NCBI GenBank assembly: GCA_043228905.1
Contig: JBHGNT010000007.1
Coordinates: 5,580,001-5,644,000, forward strand
Direction of reading: 5' to 3'
Origin: Azolla caroliniana
Lineage: Eukaryota; Plantae; Polypodiophyta
Length of the DNA: 64,000 nucleotides
Positions 63,401 through 64,000 of the stretch are shown here, in pieces. Under the pieces are notes generated by a model that did not search any database, was not told where the DNA came from, and worked only from the letters and a program-made list of their open reading frames with translations. A program made the translations under genes and the position numbers. Numbering within the stretch: the stretch's first letter is position 1; every line of letters starts with the position of its first letter.

Positions 63401-64000
63401 AGCACTCCGGCACTTAACGGCTTCGACGAGAGCAAGTACGACGGCGAGTGGCTGCAGATCGGTGGTTTCTTAAGGACCATGACGCCGGATGCGTCATGGA
63501 CAAGGGACGAGACCAACCGGATCCGGAAGAAAGCATACCGATTCTTTCTCCGGGACGGATACTTATGGAAGCACCCGAAGAAGAGGAACGGCGTCCCGCT
63601 CCGGGTGGTGGCGATGAAGGAAGAACAGGAGGAGCTGTTGACGGCCTACCACGATAGCCCTTGGGCTGGACACCGTGGAACGTGGGCCACGTTCGAGAAG
63701 ATAAAGGGGAAGTACTGGTGGCCGGGACTGTACCGAGACGTGCATCGGTTCGTGACAACTTGCGAGAGCTGTCAGATGCACTCCGTAGTCCGACATCGGG
63801 ACGAGTTTCACGCTACGTACCCTCCGACCATCCACTTCAAATGGATGGTAGACCTGGTGACGATGCCGATGGGAGTAGAACAGATGCAGTATCTGGTCCT
63901 GGCTCGGGAAGATCTGATGAACCAGGTAAAAGGCCGAGCCCTTTAGAACAAAACGACCGCGGCCGTATGTCGGTTCCTGATTGAGGACGTGATATGCCGG
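57426..64000 (+). mobile_element. Element H: decayed relative of E, runs off the window
   Basis: LTR 57426-58053, tRNA-Trp PBS 58057-58074, gag-pro 58097-60223 with three stops, pol 60359-63946 split by K. Confidence 0.92.
61540..62603. mobile_element. Element K: probable solo LTR of a TGTCGT-ended family (likely minus orientation)
   Basis: TGTCGTGA...TCACGACA ends, 4-bp TSD CCGG, no convincing ORF; host RT frame resumes after it. Confidence 0.8.

Noticed and set aside
1-64000. Guests always inserting antisense to their host
   Set aside because: D in B, F in E and I in J are co-oriented; no consistent pattern.

Overview
Almost entirely transposable-element DNA from a plant genome, probably a bryophyte (inferred from Tcn1-like and Phygy-like Ty3/Gypsy lineages); no host gene is supported. 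Left nest (1-42071): a decayed minus-strand Tcn1-like chromovirus (A) is split by three inserts. (i) A tandem array of a gag-only non-autonomous LTR element (B, 1210-18757), which itself carries an intact Tcn1-like element (C, 5554-11310) and a young gag-only element (D, 12755-17681). (ii) A tRNA-Trp-primed non-chromovirus Gypsy (E, 19651-33982) carrying a Met-primed chromovirus (F, 22575-29625). (iii) A near-intact Copia (35774-41195). Middle (42072-49560): a degenerate MULE/SWIM transposase plus a Ulp1-like fragment. Right nest, five deep: Copia G > Copia J > Tcn1-like I > E-like H > solo LTR K. Most notable signals: all five TGTCGT-ended insertions are centred on a CpG (4-bp NCGN target); unrelated LTR families carry a tRNA-spaced Pol III A/B-box cassette in U3; a gag-only satellite lineage encodes a capsid-disordered-W/R-rich protein and shares PBS, termini and a covarying 3' hairpin with its likely helper; Tcn1 LTRs carry long heat-shock-element arrays; and one element end looks like a fossil aberrant plus-strand transfer. 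Coordinates were read by eye and may be off by a few bases.
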